From Haliotis cracherodii (lineage: Eukaryota), in NCBI RefSeq assembly GCF_022045235.1, contig NW_027266267.1:17422001-17486000 (forward strand): DNA of 64,000 nt. The letters run 5' to 3'. Below, one piece after another: positions 13,808 through 27,299 of the stretch. How positions within the stretch are numbered: position 1 is the first letter of the stretch; every line of letters starts with the position of its first letter. The notes below the pieces were generated by a model. That model did not search any database and had not been told where the DNA came from. It was given only the letters and a program-made list of their open reading frames with translations. The translations under genes and the position numbers were made by a program.

Positions 13808-16800
13808 TGTACCACCCCAGAAAGTGGTGTGGCGACGTTGTTGTCTGATTATCTCATGCACTGAACAACTTCATTTCATTCTTGTTGCTTTACGCCAAGT
13901 ATTACTCAATTTGAAACAAGCGTTTTCCAAGTGTTTCAGTATGCACTCTCGAAATCTGTTCATGTATGTGCGCATATGATTTGTGGTATGCGATCCACCA
14001 TGTAGCTGTGACCGTTTTCGGAGGAATCTAAGTTTACAAACAACCTGTAACAAATATATCTAGTTCTCTTAATAATGAAATAAAGATATGTGATACGGAC
14101 CAGGCAGCAGAGATGGCATTCGTCACCGCTCGCCTCTTTCCGTAGCCTGCAAGAAGATCCGTCCCCCTATCGATGAATGTTATGTGCGAAAATACGACAA
14201 ACCAACCAGAATGCGTATATGACTTCAAGTACTTCGGTCAAAGAATCCCTCAGAAAAAAATTGATTTTACATATGTATTGCAAAAATATACCAAAGAAAC
14301 AGCTGACTCTGTTCAATCATACTGTATAAGACTGTAAGTCCCGATGTGATGTTCAACTGTATTTGGAATATATATGATATATGGGGAACATATTAGTGAA
14401 TCATTATGTAGTGAGTTGACAATTCTTTTACCTATGCCCGTTTGCGCTTAGACGGAACCCTGTCGCAAACATGGCCACGAGAGGGGCACGTGTCACTACT
14501 CGGCTTGTCCCGGAATAACACGAGTTGGTCACGAATGCAGAGAGAAGTCGGTTAGGGTTACACTGAGAACCAGAAAATCCGCCCAGTATATAGTACTGAT
14601 TAAATCCGTTGTAGATATTTACGTACTTGGTGTGGAGAGTTGCGTCCCTTATACCATTATAGTATGTTCGCGAAAAGGGTACGTGATCTGTCCAACTCAA
14701 CCGGTTGCACCCGCCACAGTTTTCATAAAAAAGATTAAATATGTTGTTTGACAAATAGAGAAAATTCACGATAGGAAAATCGAAAGCACCCCTCTTGGTG
14801 TAAATAATGGGACAGAGGTTACCATATTATTTAATTGTTAATACACGTATCCCGATCAGACACTAAATATGGTTTCTCAGGTGTTGTTTTATATTCCTAA
14901 CTCTGATGTACAGACAGACTGACAGACAGACACACGCATACATTTGTTGTTGTTTTTTCACATGGGTTAAGATATGCATGTTGTACCGAGACGAGCATGC
15001 AACTTGATCAAATGTATTTATTGTCTGAATATAACTTGCCCGTGTTGATGGCCCAGTATCAGCAAATATAGCCCTGATCAAGAATAAATTACTTTTTTCT
15101 ATCTATTTGTTTCTGTCTGCATCTCAAAAGCAAACAAATACAATACAAATCAAGTCGCAAATAGGTTTACATTTTATTTTGATGTTTGAGAATATTGATT
15201 GTGAGTTTTTTTTAACTTGTGTTCCGTTTCGGTTTGTGTCGAGACCACAAACGAGATCAGTGGAGACATGCAGATATTGTTAGAATTTACATCCGCAACG
15301 TTGTGAGTGTGTATATTTTATATAACCATGAACTAATACTTCCCTGTTAGAGTTACCTCCCCAATGCTAATCATGCTGTATGTTTAGTCCTGTAGTCCGA
15401 CACGTCAATTATTCACGGTGTCCTAAACGGAAATGGGCCAACGTTTCTCTCGTCTCTGTAACAGACCTTGTCTCCCTTCAAGCGTTGTCACAAACGTTTC
15501 TAGTGTAATAATTGTCAGTTATTGCTGTTTTTTAATCTCATAACTATTTGTATATTTCGTGTGTACACATATCTTTATACATGTGTGAGATAAAAGTAAA
15601 GTTTATTTTTAGATTTTCCAACGATTACTCATCCCTATACACTCGTGTAGTTTTCTCAAACTCACAACAAATAAGGCACGCCTTGCGCCAGTAATTATCA
15701 GATCGTACATTAGTCACCACACGTCACTTAGCTAAACTGAATACTCTCCACAATGCCATGTCTGTAGAAATCCTGTACAGCACATATGTAAATAACATTG
15801 GTTGTAATCCTATGCAGAACAGAAAACTACTGTAATAAAATTTAAGTATGCATGTTTTAGTTGCTGGTCTCCTAAATATTGAAAGAGGACCATCTGGTGC
15901 ATATTCGATTGCAACTCCTGGGGCAGTCAAGTGAACTTAATTGAACCCGTGAAAGACAGTATACATCCTTGTTGATATCTTTAGAATCAGGATGTAAATA
16001 ATTTGGTATTGTTCTTCTCCCCTTTCACTTCAGTAATGTTGTTCCCTGTCACCGACCTTGGTTTACAATAGGCACATACAGGCACACATAGGCGACTCTT
16101 TCGATTTCATCGATAACGACACGAGCAACAAAAGGTTCACTATAATAGTGGACATGATATTCAAACGTCTGATAAGATAAGGGGCCCGTTATTTGTTGCA
16201 ATGTTATGTCTCCTCTGAAATCCACCTACTGAACACTATTCACAACACGTATACATTAACCGATGGCTTGTAAACTATTTTAATGTGACCAGAACTTACT
16301 ATATGAATTTAGCAGTTCAATAACGAACATAATATAAATGATAAAACAAAGGATGGTTGGGTGGTCTGCACGTTAAGACGGTCACTCGATGAATACCCTT
16401 TCGTCCTGGGAACGCGATTCGGTATCATTCTTTGAAATCTTAAAGATACACTTTGATACCGATTGGGTTTGTGAGGCATTTCCAGTTGTTCATTTGACGT
16501 TGTGAACGAAATATTAAGCATAGTATTTCTAGATTGATACATATATGAAAGGACTTTCGCTGGATTTCGTTTGTGCTGCCTGTACAACACTCACACAGCG
16601 AGAAAGATGCCATATTTGAGTAAATACACTTATCATCACAATAAAGCGATGTAGCAGAAATTTATAAACATACACAAAAGTGTTATACATGAGACCAAAG
16701 TTAAGTAATTCCATCCAGGGGGCGTGCCAGCGCTGTAAATCCCCGATTGTTAATGCAGTAAATATGTTTACGTTTCAGCGAGCACGTGGCATCATCACTA

Positions 16801-17106
16801 TTTGACAGTGATTCATACACACATGCTGGTGGTAAAGTCGGAATCGTACAGTGGTCCTAGGCCTGGACTTCGATAGGAAGGGTTTTGTTGCTTTCATTTA
16901 CGGCAAAAGTGAACGGCAGTAGTGCTGCAACATTCTTTAAACACTGACATTGTAACCTTAATGTCTTATGTCATAGCACAGCCTTACCCCTGCGATAGAT
17001 TTCTGCTGCATCTGAGAAATTAAGACAAATATGTAAAAAAAATAATATTCTAAACATTAAATTATTTATCAAATATACATATTTCAGAAAAAAAGTTGGA
17101 TAATCT

Positions 17107-17277
17107 GAGTGAGTGAGTGTGTATGGTTTTAAGCCGCTTTTTAGCAATATTCCAACAATATCACTGCGGGGTACAGCAGGAAGGGGCTTCAACACAATGT
17201 GCCCATGTGGGGAATGGAAACCGGGCCTTCGGCGTGACGAGCAAACGCTTTAACCACAAGGCTACCCGACCGCCCCT
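17107..17277 (-). mobile_element. SINE family 1 copy
   Basis: Matches 2022-2190. Confidence 0.78.
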
Positions 17278-18034
17278 TAGTCTGAATATTGACCAGCAGT
17301 CATCCATCTAGCTTACTTGGTGACACTGCTGCAGTATATCTAAAGTGAATTTATTTCATTTTACACGAAGTAAACACAATATATTTGGTATGAATCGGTT
17401 TATTTCTAATGTGTGCCATACAAATCAGCGTCCAAATCAGAAACAAAAAACAATGAACATGAATCTTTATAGACTATAAGAAGTCAATCATTTTATCAAA
17501 ATGTGATTTCTTATCACTGAACTTGCAAGTGAGCCTTAAAAGTGGTCAGAAAGGTGAATAGTATATGTTATATGTTTCCCATTCAATATCGAGTTTATGT
17601 CTCAAATGGAATATTTGATCTGTCCTCAGCTTTGAAAAGATTATTTCTTTAACTTGAATTGGGATCGATTTTGATGTCCTTTTTTAAGAAAGAATAATTA
17701 ATTATCTTCTACATTAGCCCATGTCTGGGTGTCCTCACAACGAAAGCAAAGTAAGTATGGATACAGCATGCAAAATGTACACAAAGATGCCGAGCACTAC
17801 CAACATGAATACTAGAACAATCAATAGAGAGAAATATAGAGCAATTAATTATTTTGGAAATTGAAGATAATGTCAAACTATTGTAATTATATAATTGCCC
17901 TAAGTTTATTTTTGAGGTACATAAATATCCTAACTTGAGGAAACAATAGAATTTACGCTGAAATGACAGAAATAGGTTGATTTGCAGTCATGATTTAACA
18001 CAAGGCAGCTATCAGTCAAACTCATGAATGTGTT

Positions 18035-18282
18035 TGTTTGTGTTTGTTTGTTGTTTAATGCAGCAATAGCAAAACTTTCCAGATATATGACGGCGGTTTG
18101 TAAATAATCGAATTTGGAACAAACAATCCAGTGACTGACATCATGAGCATCGATCTACACAATTGGAATACGATGACAAGCATCAACCAAGTGAGCGAGC
18201 CTGACCACCTGACCACGTTAGTCGCCTCTTACGACAAGCATGAGTTGCTTAAGACAAGTTCTGTTCCGGAATCTTCACGGGA
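18035..18282 (-). mobile_element. SINE-like family 2 copy
   Basis: Matches 45275-45546. Confidence 0.72.
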
Positions 18283-18979
18283 CATAACTGTGTGTTCATA
18301 GAGCGCGCTGGTTTTCACTAACATAACAGACTAATAAACATGATCTATGAAAAAGAACAATGGAAGAACAAATCATGATTGTGCACGATTATCGCAGTTA
18401 TTAGTATTTATGACATGGCGAAGTTCATCCCTGTCCATACGCTAGTGGCGACGCTAGACACGCACAAATGGAAGGGTGTAGCCAATGAATGTGTGAGATT
18501 GAAATGTTCATTTGCGTAAGCTATCCCACCTATCTGACATGATTTCAAACACAATAGACAATGCATAATTCAGCTGACATTACAACCTCATCAGCACTCG
18601 TAAGTTAACTTAAGTTTGGTTACTTTTACAGATAGTTTAGATTCCAAAGAGATGCTGACTGATCATATAGATACCAGTCACAGTTACAAGTGCTCTTATT
18701 AAACCTTAAACAAACAAATAATAAACATAATGACATAATTAATGCATGAAATTTAGTACCAGAAAATTCGTATTCGTTAAATAAAGCCCATGTATGTGTT
18801 TTGAATATAACAGTTTGTTGTTATTATAACTCAACACAGATAGTATGTGAGATAACAAAGGTTACTACTACAGGATAAATGTGATATATTGACAATAAAA
18901 CTACCCTATATGAAAGGTCACAATTTTCAGTTCACACACCGCATTACTGTTCTGTGATGTCATCACATTTAGTACTTGT

Positions 18980-19894
18980 TTACTTGTTTCCACAGTCAGG
19001 ATCTGAAACCGCATCACATATATTGAAGGCCAGAAACGTAATTTCATATGTCACATTAGTATTTCAGAATGTGTCAAAAGAAACAATAATACATAGTAAA
19101 TGAATTATCAGGGCTGAGGAGGACAAACAGGCTACTGTTTGAAACTACTTCTGGTATACAATATGATATGCGAGCTATCATATTCTAAGTGGTGGTTACC
19201 TTTAGGTTGAGCGTCGCTGTTCTGGTAAGGAGATGAGCTGATGGACTCGTAAGATGCAGGAGCGGCTTCAGTCATGTCTTCGTAGGTACTTGTCTCTGCT
19301 TTGGGCTCGACTGAAAATATGACTCGTAACTCATTTCCAAAGAACAAATTGAAATGTTATAGACTCGTCTGAATGTAACACAACGTTAAATAGCATTCCT
19401 ATAAGCTGACAGTACTGAGTTTACGATAGACACCTGTTATGTATAGAGAGTGTCAAAGTATCCATCTACCATTTGTATTTTCATAAATCTTCAACTGTGT
19501 GTAATGTTGGTTTTTAGACGTCTCTGTATCCATGCTTGAGAAGTGTGCTGGACTGTTGATTTGATCTGTAACAAATCAATATGAACATGTAATAAAGGTA
19601 TCAGCGCGGAGTAGGCACAGGCATATTCGTGGCACAGGCACAATCTGTCTGACCGACAATGTTGACTTCAACCTACCCAAGGATGAATATCCTATGTTTT
19701 CCAATTCTTCAATTTCAGGATTTCTCGTGCTACAAAAGTAAGAAAAATCGTTTTTTGACAATCAATAAAGGAAAGGGCCACCTTCATATATGATTTTTGT
19801 TTCTGATTAAAAAGGACATTTACCTTATATCAAAGGACATTATTTCAAAACGTTTTATTCATTCATGAAGTGTACCTTTTTTGTGAAGTAGTTG
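18980..19894 (-). CDS. Gene D cytoplasmic exons (19, 53, 96, 111, 23 nt)
   Basis: ATTSQK-STRNPEIEELENIGYSSL-DQINSPAHFSSMDTETSKNQHYTQLKIYENTN-VEPKAETSTYEDMTEAAPASYESISSSPYQNSDAQPK-DPDCGNK*. Confidence 0.88.
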
Positions 19895-22800
19895 CTGAAA
19901 AATAGAGACTTCATATATAGTACACTGTAATGCACATATTACAAATGAGAATGTGAAATGTTAGACGTTAATGACTAAATAAAACAACATACTTCATAGA
20001 AGCAGTTACTGGTGCACTACAGTTTATGTTGTTATTGATTCTATATACATTCCCAAACTGGATGTGCTCATTCACTTTTACACACATCATTCATGTATAA
20101 TTATTGACGTCACTTTGAAAGGAAACATCCCGTCTGTAAATATCACCACACCACTTCTGATTCTACCTGTAATAATGTTACGAGGTAAAAAAGAGATTTG
20201 ACAATATACCTTTCAAAACGTTTCCAAACCTGAATCCATGCCTATAGAGGACCGTCAGAACTAGTCCCCCTATCAACAAGGTGAGAAGGAGGGTTCCTAT
20301 TATGCTTCCTGCTATTACACCTGCCATGTTATAATCGGCATTAAGCGGTTGTTGTTTTAGGGGACCTGTAGTATAAAATGAGAATCGCATGAAAGTATTG
20401 ATTATTTCATATTGTGAATATTATTTCATATATTGAAGATGTGAAGCCGCCGATCTACCGTCACTTTTTGGTGGCTGATTAGCGTTACATCATTTTTTTA
20501 AATTGTTTTGACGAATGAGTGAAACACAACAGATGTGGTGAACATTATTTTGGGGGGGATTCGTGGCAATGCTGTCAACTCGTGGCATGACCAAGGATCC
20601 CTGACTTTGGACAGACTCTATCCTCTATTCATATTTTGATGAGGGGGAATTAATCTCTCCAGAAACAGTAAAAGATACCCACAACTGACATTGAATGTCC
20701 TGACATCAGAGAGATTGTATGTCCCATACTGCCACGCCCCCAGACACTGACACTGCTGACTGTTCTGACTCCTGCTGACAGTGAAGGAGAGAGTAGATGT
20801 CCTGGTCTGACCACTGTCACTGACCAATGCTACTCCAGTCCCCGGACAGGACCACGTGATAGTAGCTAGAGGATTTCCTCCTGTCACCGAGCAGCTGATA
20901 GTCTCCCGGTCTCCTTCAAACATCAGAGTCTGAAAACTTGTGATAGAAGGAGGGACGGGTGGGGGGTCTGAAACAGGAACAACCTAGACGACTTCTATAA
21001 ATGACAATGCATGAAGTAAGAGATGCAACAGTGAGGACTGACTATATAAGACTGAACGTATCACAGTAAACCTTCTTAGTTTATCATCATATCGTAAACA
21101 GAGTCACAACATGATGTCCAGGCGTTGCAGGGAGGAAGAGTTGTGCATGAAGATTCAGTTTTGTAACTTCTAAAGGAACTGATAAGTTCCCGAATGTTCT
21201 GGATAATTGGAAAACATCTTTGAACACTCACATTTGACATCCAGTGACACAGAACCAGTGTGTGTTGCCGATGTTCTGGTGTTCCTGACCTGACATCTCA
21301 CGGCTGTCTTGTCTTTATTAGGCTTGAAGGTTAGAGTTTGGGACCACCTGGTAGAGGACCTTGACACAAACTGTGTGTTGCCACCTACAGGTGTTCCATC
21401 ACTGTAGTCCCAGATGAAGGTCGGGTTGGGATAAGCGGTGGTAGTACAGGTCAAAGTCAGGTTTCTGTTCTTGAAAACTAAACTGCTGTCTGGCATTGTG
21501 ACGTCAACCTGTTCTGGTCCGACTGGAAAACGGAATATTGAAATATATAACTACTGTGTTGCCTGATTACTGCGTAGCCCTGACAGACATATGTCAACGT
21601 CCACGGAAGCTATAGCATTGCTACATCAGACCGTATCTGAACACTAACTCATACATATCTACTACATTAAACATTCAGTGTGGCTGCCTACAGACACCAA
21701 TCTCCAATCTGGCTCTGTGAGATTTAACGTACTTTTACAAAGCCTCTCGCGTAGTTCTGATATATAGTCTACTGTCACAGATGCTCTACCATTGCTCTGA
21801 TGGACCATGTCTGATCCCCTAATAGATACATTTCTGCTAACGACGAACCTGTAGTGTAGCACTGTTAGACTTGGACTCCTTGCACCAAACCTGATAGATA
21901 CATGTTTACTTACACAAAACCTTCATTTCGGTTCTGTTAGACTGTGTACATTCGCCAAACCCCCAGTGTGTCTATGTTAGGCTATGTCTACTTACACCAA
22001 CCCTCCAGTGTGGCTCTGTTGGATTGGGTCTACTTACACAAAACCCCAAGTGTGACTTATTAGACTATGTCAACTTACACCAACCCTCCAGTGTTGCTCT
22101 GTTAGACTGTGGTGATGTCTGACCGTTGATGTTTTCAGCCTGACAGTGAATGCTCCTCCCCTGGTCACTCCTACTGACAGTGAATGTAATGGAGCTCGTT
22201 GTCTTCACCAGGACACCAGATGTCGTCTCTGTGCTGACAGTAGGAGTGGTTCCTGGTGGCAAGGTCACCCATGTCACAGAAGAAGTCGGGAAGCTGGCTG
22301 AAGTCACACAGGTCAAGGTCAGCGGTTGACCCGCCACTTGTCCTATCTCCTCATTATCAGCGTTGATGTTCGTCAGTGTCACAGAGTTTACTGGGACTGT
22401 AAGACGTGAATACATTGACATTTGGCATCAATTAGCTGTCCTTTATATATCTAAACATTGCCTATTGCCTATGATGTTTTTTTCTACCATGACATGTTGG
22501 AATCCTGAACTTGATTGGTCTGCCAGGTGTGTGGAATCTACATGCTTTTGCTGATGAGTGAATTGCCGCAAAAGGCACTATTTCTCAGAAAGCACTTCTT
22601 ACACAAAACCGACGAGTAGGAAATGTATATTTAGCACTAGTAGATTACAAACTGTGAGGTCGTGTTTGCCGGTTCACAGTGTTTTGGCATACGTGTCAGT
22701 AGAACAATATAAACTCATAAGAGTGGTGTATTTGTTTAGAACTAATTGCTACAAAGGTTGCCTCCCTCAGTTTCCCCAAATGAAACTGTATGGATAATGA

Positions 22801-25373
22801 ATACAGGGAATCTGCTAGAGGGTTGCGCTTTCCTATTTTCGAGAGAGTTAAATACAGGAAGGTATGGTTTGAATTACAAAAGCAGGATTACCATCAATGA
22901 ACTATATCAACATGGTGACAACTTCCATTCAACACAACTAAAACATTACACTTGACCAATGCAACGTAACTCATCACTTTACCTTTACATCTTTATTACG
23001 AAAAAAATAACACTGAAACTATAACAGGTTCATCTCCTAATTCTATAATTGTTATTTGTATTAAAATCGACCGTTTAATATATTGTGAATGCTAATACCG
23101 ACACAACTATGTGTGTCTCAAATCAAGGGATACTTACAAACATTGAATTCCACCCAAGTATGTGTATCATTTCCCATTTAGTATTCATTGACATGGTCAA
23201 CGTTTCCCTTGTTCAGGCATAAAAGTAAAATAGATCCCGCTTCGTAACTTCTTATTTCTGGCATCTATGTCATATTTTAAACGCACTGAATGAGAGAGAT
23301 TCAGTGCGACATACACAGATAACCATTTTGAAAAGTATTGTGAACATCCAAGAATTTTCCAAGAACTCTTTTTGCTTTCGGCGACGTCCAATTTTCTTTT
23401 TCTTACTGCTACAATACGGGCCTTGAGTCAACAACAGGTACACTTGGAGTTGATGTGCACTCACCAGGGAACTGTATTGTATTTGAAGTGACAGACTTAG
23501 TGTACGTGGGCGGGTCAAAGGAGTCGTGTTCCACACTGACAGTGAGAGACACCTGTCTGTTGTAGAGACTGGCTGTGTTTCCTGGTAGTAACAGTGAGTT
23601 GGTTGTCTGGACCTGGCCTGATGGACATGATCCCTGGGAGGAAGATGTACTGCTGGGGAGGACGCCCCTCACACTCTGTAAACATATAGGATGGNNNNNN
23701 NNNNNNNNNNNNNNNNNNNNNNNNNNNNNNNNNNNNNNNNNNNNNNNNNNNNNNNNNNNNNNNNNNNNNNNNNNNNNNNNNNNNNNNNNNNNNNNNNNNN
23801 NNNNNNNNNNNNNNNNNNNNNNNNNNNNNNNNNNNNNNNNTGTCCGTTTCACGAACGGACGGACCAATGACATGAGCTCATTTTGTCGATGCCGAGGTGT
23901 AAAGGACCATGCATCATACTAAATCATGTATGTTGATGAAATCAAATATACAAGATGGTCTACGACGTCAAGATGGACATACAGTTGCTACCTGATGGTA
24001 TCTCCATGTGATGACGGCGGCAGGGGGAGCACACGGGGTGGTCACTGTGACGGATATGTTGTTTTGTGGGGTCACGGAGGACCGGAGAGAAGTCAGTTGT
24101 GGAGAAAATGTCACAGAGCTCCAGTCCAAGACAGCTGGTAGGAAGGAATGATATAATGATAATCCTGATAGAGATCTTTCAACGTCATCAAAAGCCACAC
24201 AGCCCAACCACTCAAGAACAGATATCAATACAGGAACACACTATACGGCCTCTGTGAATAATTCACCGTAGACACCTTGCAATATAACTTTCTGAAGTTG
24301 TCAACAGTTCTGTCATCACGTGACAAACATGTCCATACTGATATTTTAATGGCGAATTATCAAATATTAACATTCTAAACTGTTTCACAACAATGTAAAT
24401 ATTTTTTAGATAGTTAACACTTGTACTATCTTCCCAGACACATGAAACTGAGCGTTCAACATGAAACTGAGCATTCAGCATAAAACTAAGAGTTAAACAT
24501 GAAATTTATGTGGGGAGGGGGAGGGGGGCAGCATCACATGCCTCGACGTTTGCCTGTATATTGACACGAACCATGAATAAGTTGAAATACTTTGGGGGTA
24601 AACAATGTAGCATTAATATTGTCTGATGTATGACCATGCAGAACATTTACTTATAATCTTGACACATATGAAAATAACACATGTATACTCTGGTTGTATT
24701 AGGGACCACAAAGCTTAGAATTATCAACCATTATGAATATGGACATGTTAGTTATCTTCAACCACTGAATTAATAGCGATTCATAAACACACTCTGCAAC
24801 CAAAATACATAAATTCATAGGGATTCATTAACACGTGCTTATGAAATAGTATGAATCATGCAATGAACTCTCTTTTCTTATGATTATGTAACAGTTTGTG
24901 TCAATTTTGTTTACATGCAAGAAATGTATTTTAATCAGTTTCTCTGTAAGTTTAGATGTGCTGTCTACTCTCGGATATAGTCGATTTACAAATACGTTTC
25001 TTTTCTTATCCACAGTTATCATGTTTTCATTTTTCAGCAAGTGATTAAAAAAAATAAAACCCGCCTCCAAACTGTGACAGCGTGATGGTATTTGACACTG
25101 TGGTACCAACAGTACATCTCCATATCCCGCTGTCTCTGGTGGAATCTGGTGATGCGATGTCAAGAGTCAGGATCCTGGATGTACTGTCCAGACTCACAGA
25201 GTATCCTGAGACAGGTGTCCGACAGGTGCCTGATGATGTGCAGGCTCCCTGGATAGAAGTATCCTTATAGAAGTAGACAATTCCACTGAGAGCCGCATCT
25301 AGTGTACAGGTGATGCTGAAACTGACACCCTCCACAGGAACACGTCTGTTGGTGGCAAGTACTGGAGCTGACT
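18980..25373 (-). CDS. Gene D: type I membrane IgSF receptor (5 Ig, TM, tyrosine-motif tail); leader exon not securely located
   Basis: Exons 25065-25373, 23992-24134, 23465-23675, 22079-22396, 21232-21522, 20683-20967, 20210-20365, 19876-19894, 19677-19729, 19470-19565, 19200-19310, 18980-19002 join in frame (about 671 aa plus leader). The Ig1 donor is non-canonical GC. Confidence 0.85.
20210..20365 (-). CDS. Gene D transmembrane exon
   Basis: CPLKQQPLNADYNMAGVIAGSIIGTLLLTLLIGGLVLTVLYRHGFRFGNVLK. Confidence 0.9.
20683..20967 (-). CDS. Gene D Ig5
   Basis: 285 nt; TISCSVTGGNPLATITWSC...QCQC. Confidence 0.9.
21232..21522 (-). CDS. Gene D Ig4
   Basis: 291 nt; LTLTCTTTAYPNPTFIW...VRCQVRN. Confidence 0.9.
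21680..22110. repeat. About 41-bp degenerate tandem repeat built from the gene D Ig3 exon 3' end and donor
   Basis: ACTTACAC at 21908, 21990, 22032 and 22073. Confidence 0.8.
22079..22396 (-). CDS. Gene D Ig3
   Basis: 318 nt; LTLTCVTSASFPTSSVTW...IHCQAEN; paralog of B Ig3. Confidence 0.9.
23465..24134 (-). CDS. Gene D Ig2-like domain, split across two exons (23992-24134, 23465-23675) by a phase-0 intron
   Basis: Phase 1-0 and phase 0-1 exons with canonical sites; ISVTVTTPCAPPAAVITW...GSCPSGQVQTTNSL...VSLTVSVEH. Confidence 0.72.
25065..25373 (-). CDS. Gene D Ig1 (V-like, extra Cys pair, WRC)
   Basis: FSITCTL...GACTSSGTC...LTLDI...DSGIWRCTV; donor AG|GCGGGT. Confidence 0.83.
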
Positions 25374-27299
25374 CTGAAACGGTATGACTTGGAAGTTGCA
25401 TGTTTCTTATGTTGTTAGTAAGTGAGTGAGTGGAGTACGGAGTAGTGCTGCTATGAACAGTGTTTAAATTATGTGTGTTTGTTTGATGTTGGAGGAAAGT
25501 GATGCATGTCTTATACGTTTACCACTTTTGTGAGGCCCACGAACACGGGTATTGTGCTTGCGAAGGGCGAATTTATAATTCGAACTAAAAATTATAGGTT
25601 AACGTCACGCCTGATATAACGGTCGCACTTCTACACAACACATTGTGACCACTGTGCCACACATGCCCGTCATATGTTGTTGTATAAATAACCAATGTTG
25701 ACTGCTTTAAATATATACCACAAGCGCTACCATGTCCATGTTCAGCACATTCATATTTCAGAAATTGATGTTCATTGTTTTAGATTTTAAAAAGATTACA
25801 TCAACGACTATGCCAAAGTATCTGTCTGCATCTTGTTTTCTTTTTTTGCATTAAATAATCAACTATTGTCAAAATAGGGCGTAATATACAGTTCTGAAGA
25901 TCAGGTTTTTATATCACACTATTTGAATATCAGGATGTGAGCATGAATCGGGTTTCATGCCGCTCTGAATATCATTTCAGTTACAAATCTGGGGGTCAGC
26001 CTACTTTAGAGCAGGTATTGAGCTGATCTGTGAATCCTAATCGGGGCAGGAAAGAGAGCAGGAAACTCCACACTTTTATGCTGATATTTGTGTGCCAAAG
26101 GCCAACATGTCTATGACTAGAAATGTGGTATGACAAGCCAAATCGGTCAATGTTACCTTGTCCGTATTCACCAGGCGACTTATTCACGAAGCTGCCCAGC
26201 TGAGACGGATTTTCAAGCTGTCTTAAACCTTACGCAACGTTATCTCACTTGTGACAACACTTTTATCTACGACAGTGAGCTCTTTTGTGACGGCGGTGAA
26301 ATAAGCTGGGCGTTCCAAATGACGACAAGATAATGCCGAAGGAAAACGAAAATGTGACAAAACATACATGCTTGATTACGTAGCAACAATCGCAAAATTG
26401 CGACGCGTCGCAACACCGTTGTTGTTGCAATATTGGGTCTCACAGTTTCCGACGTTCTTTTCATTCGGTTTAAATTCTTTTGCTACGGAAACTATCTTTA
26501 AACAATACACGTGCAATGCTTAACCTTAGAAAGAACAATTCCATTCAACAATTTTCAACTCAAATAACAGCTTGTCTCAATGCCACTCAGTAAAATTAGA
26601 CAACTGATATTGTTTACGATATTACTTCGGACTGCAGCTTGCAATAATAATGCTATCCCGGGGCTAGTAAACAATCACAAGGACAAGCCTTTGGACACTA
26701 TGACATTTGATACAATATTCGTATAGATACTGATTTTATTTAACGTTGAAAAAGGGTATTTGTGTATGTCTTTTGAGCATCTTAAAAAAAAAATATATCT
26801 TCAAGAAGGTTCGCGATTTGAAAATCGTTGATGCCTATTTCATCCTTGAAAGTTTCACAAACTAAATAAAAAAAGAACTTTGTAAATATCCTGTATTCAT
26901 GTATATTTCATTGTGATAGATTCAAGAGTCCTTGTGAATACCTTTAAGCTTAATCTCCTGTAAACTGTCACAATGTGGGATCTCACATTTAGCAGAAGGG
27001 AAACTATCTGCCAGGACAAGATATACGTGCATTATATATGTAGGGTCAAATGTCAAAAACTGATAGATTGCATGAAATATTATTGAACAGGCACCTATTT
27101 GCTCGATGTGAAAAGGAAGTCTTGAACATATACTGCCCAAAGTTTGCTAAGGATCATCACTTTAAAAGGTAATACGTACAGTGGTGTGCATTTGTTGTAA
27201 TAGCCATAAGTAATGTTGCGTGAAGACACGTTTAATGAACAAATGCCCCTTGCCATGGGCCACACAATGCCACAAAACAACATTTTGCCACAAAAGCAA

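Noticed and set aside
14428-14769. 113-aa minus-strand ORF as a fifth receptor gene
   Set aside because: No Ig, TM or tail-cassette motifs; no further family exons were recognised below 18980.
26267-26464. ORF MKRTSETV... as the gene D leader
   Set aside because: Splicing at its phase-1 donor gives T+AG (stop) with the Ig1 exon, and it is not signal-like.
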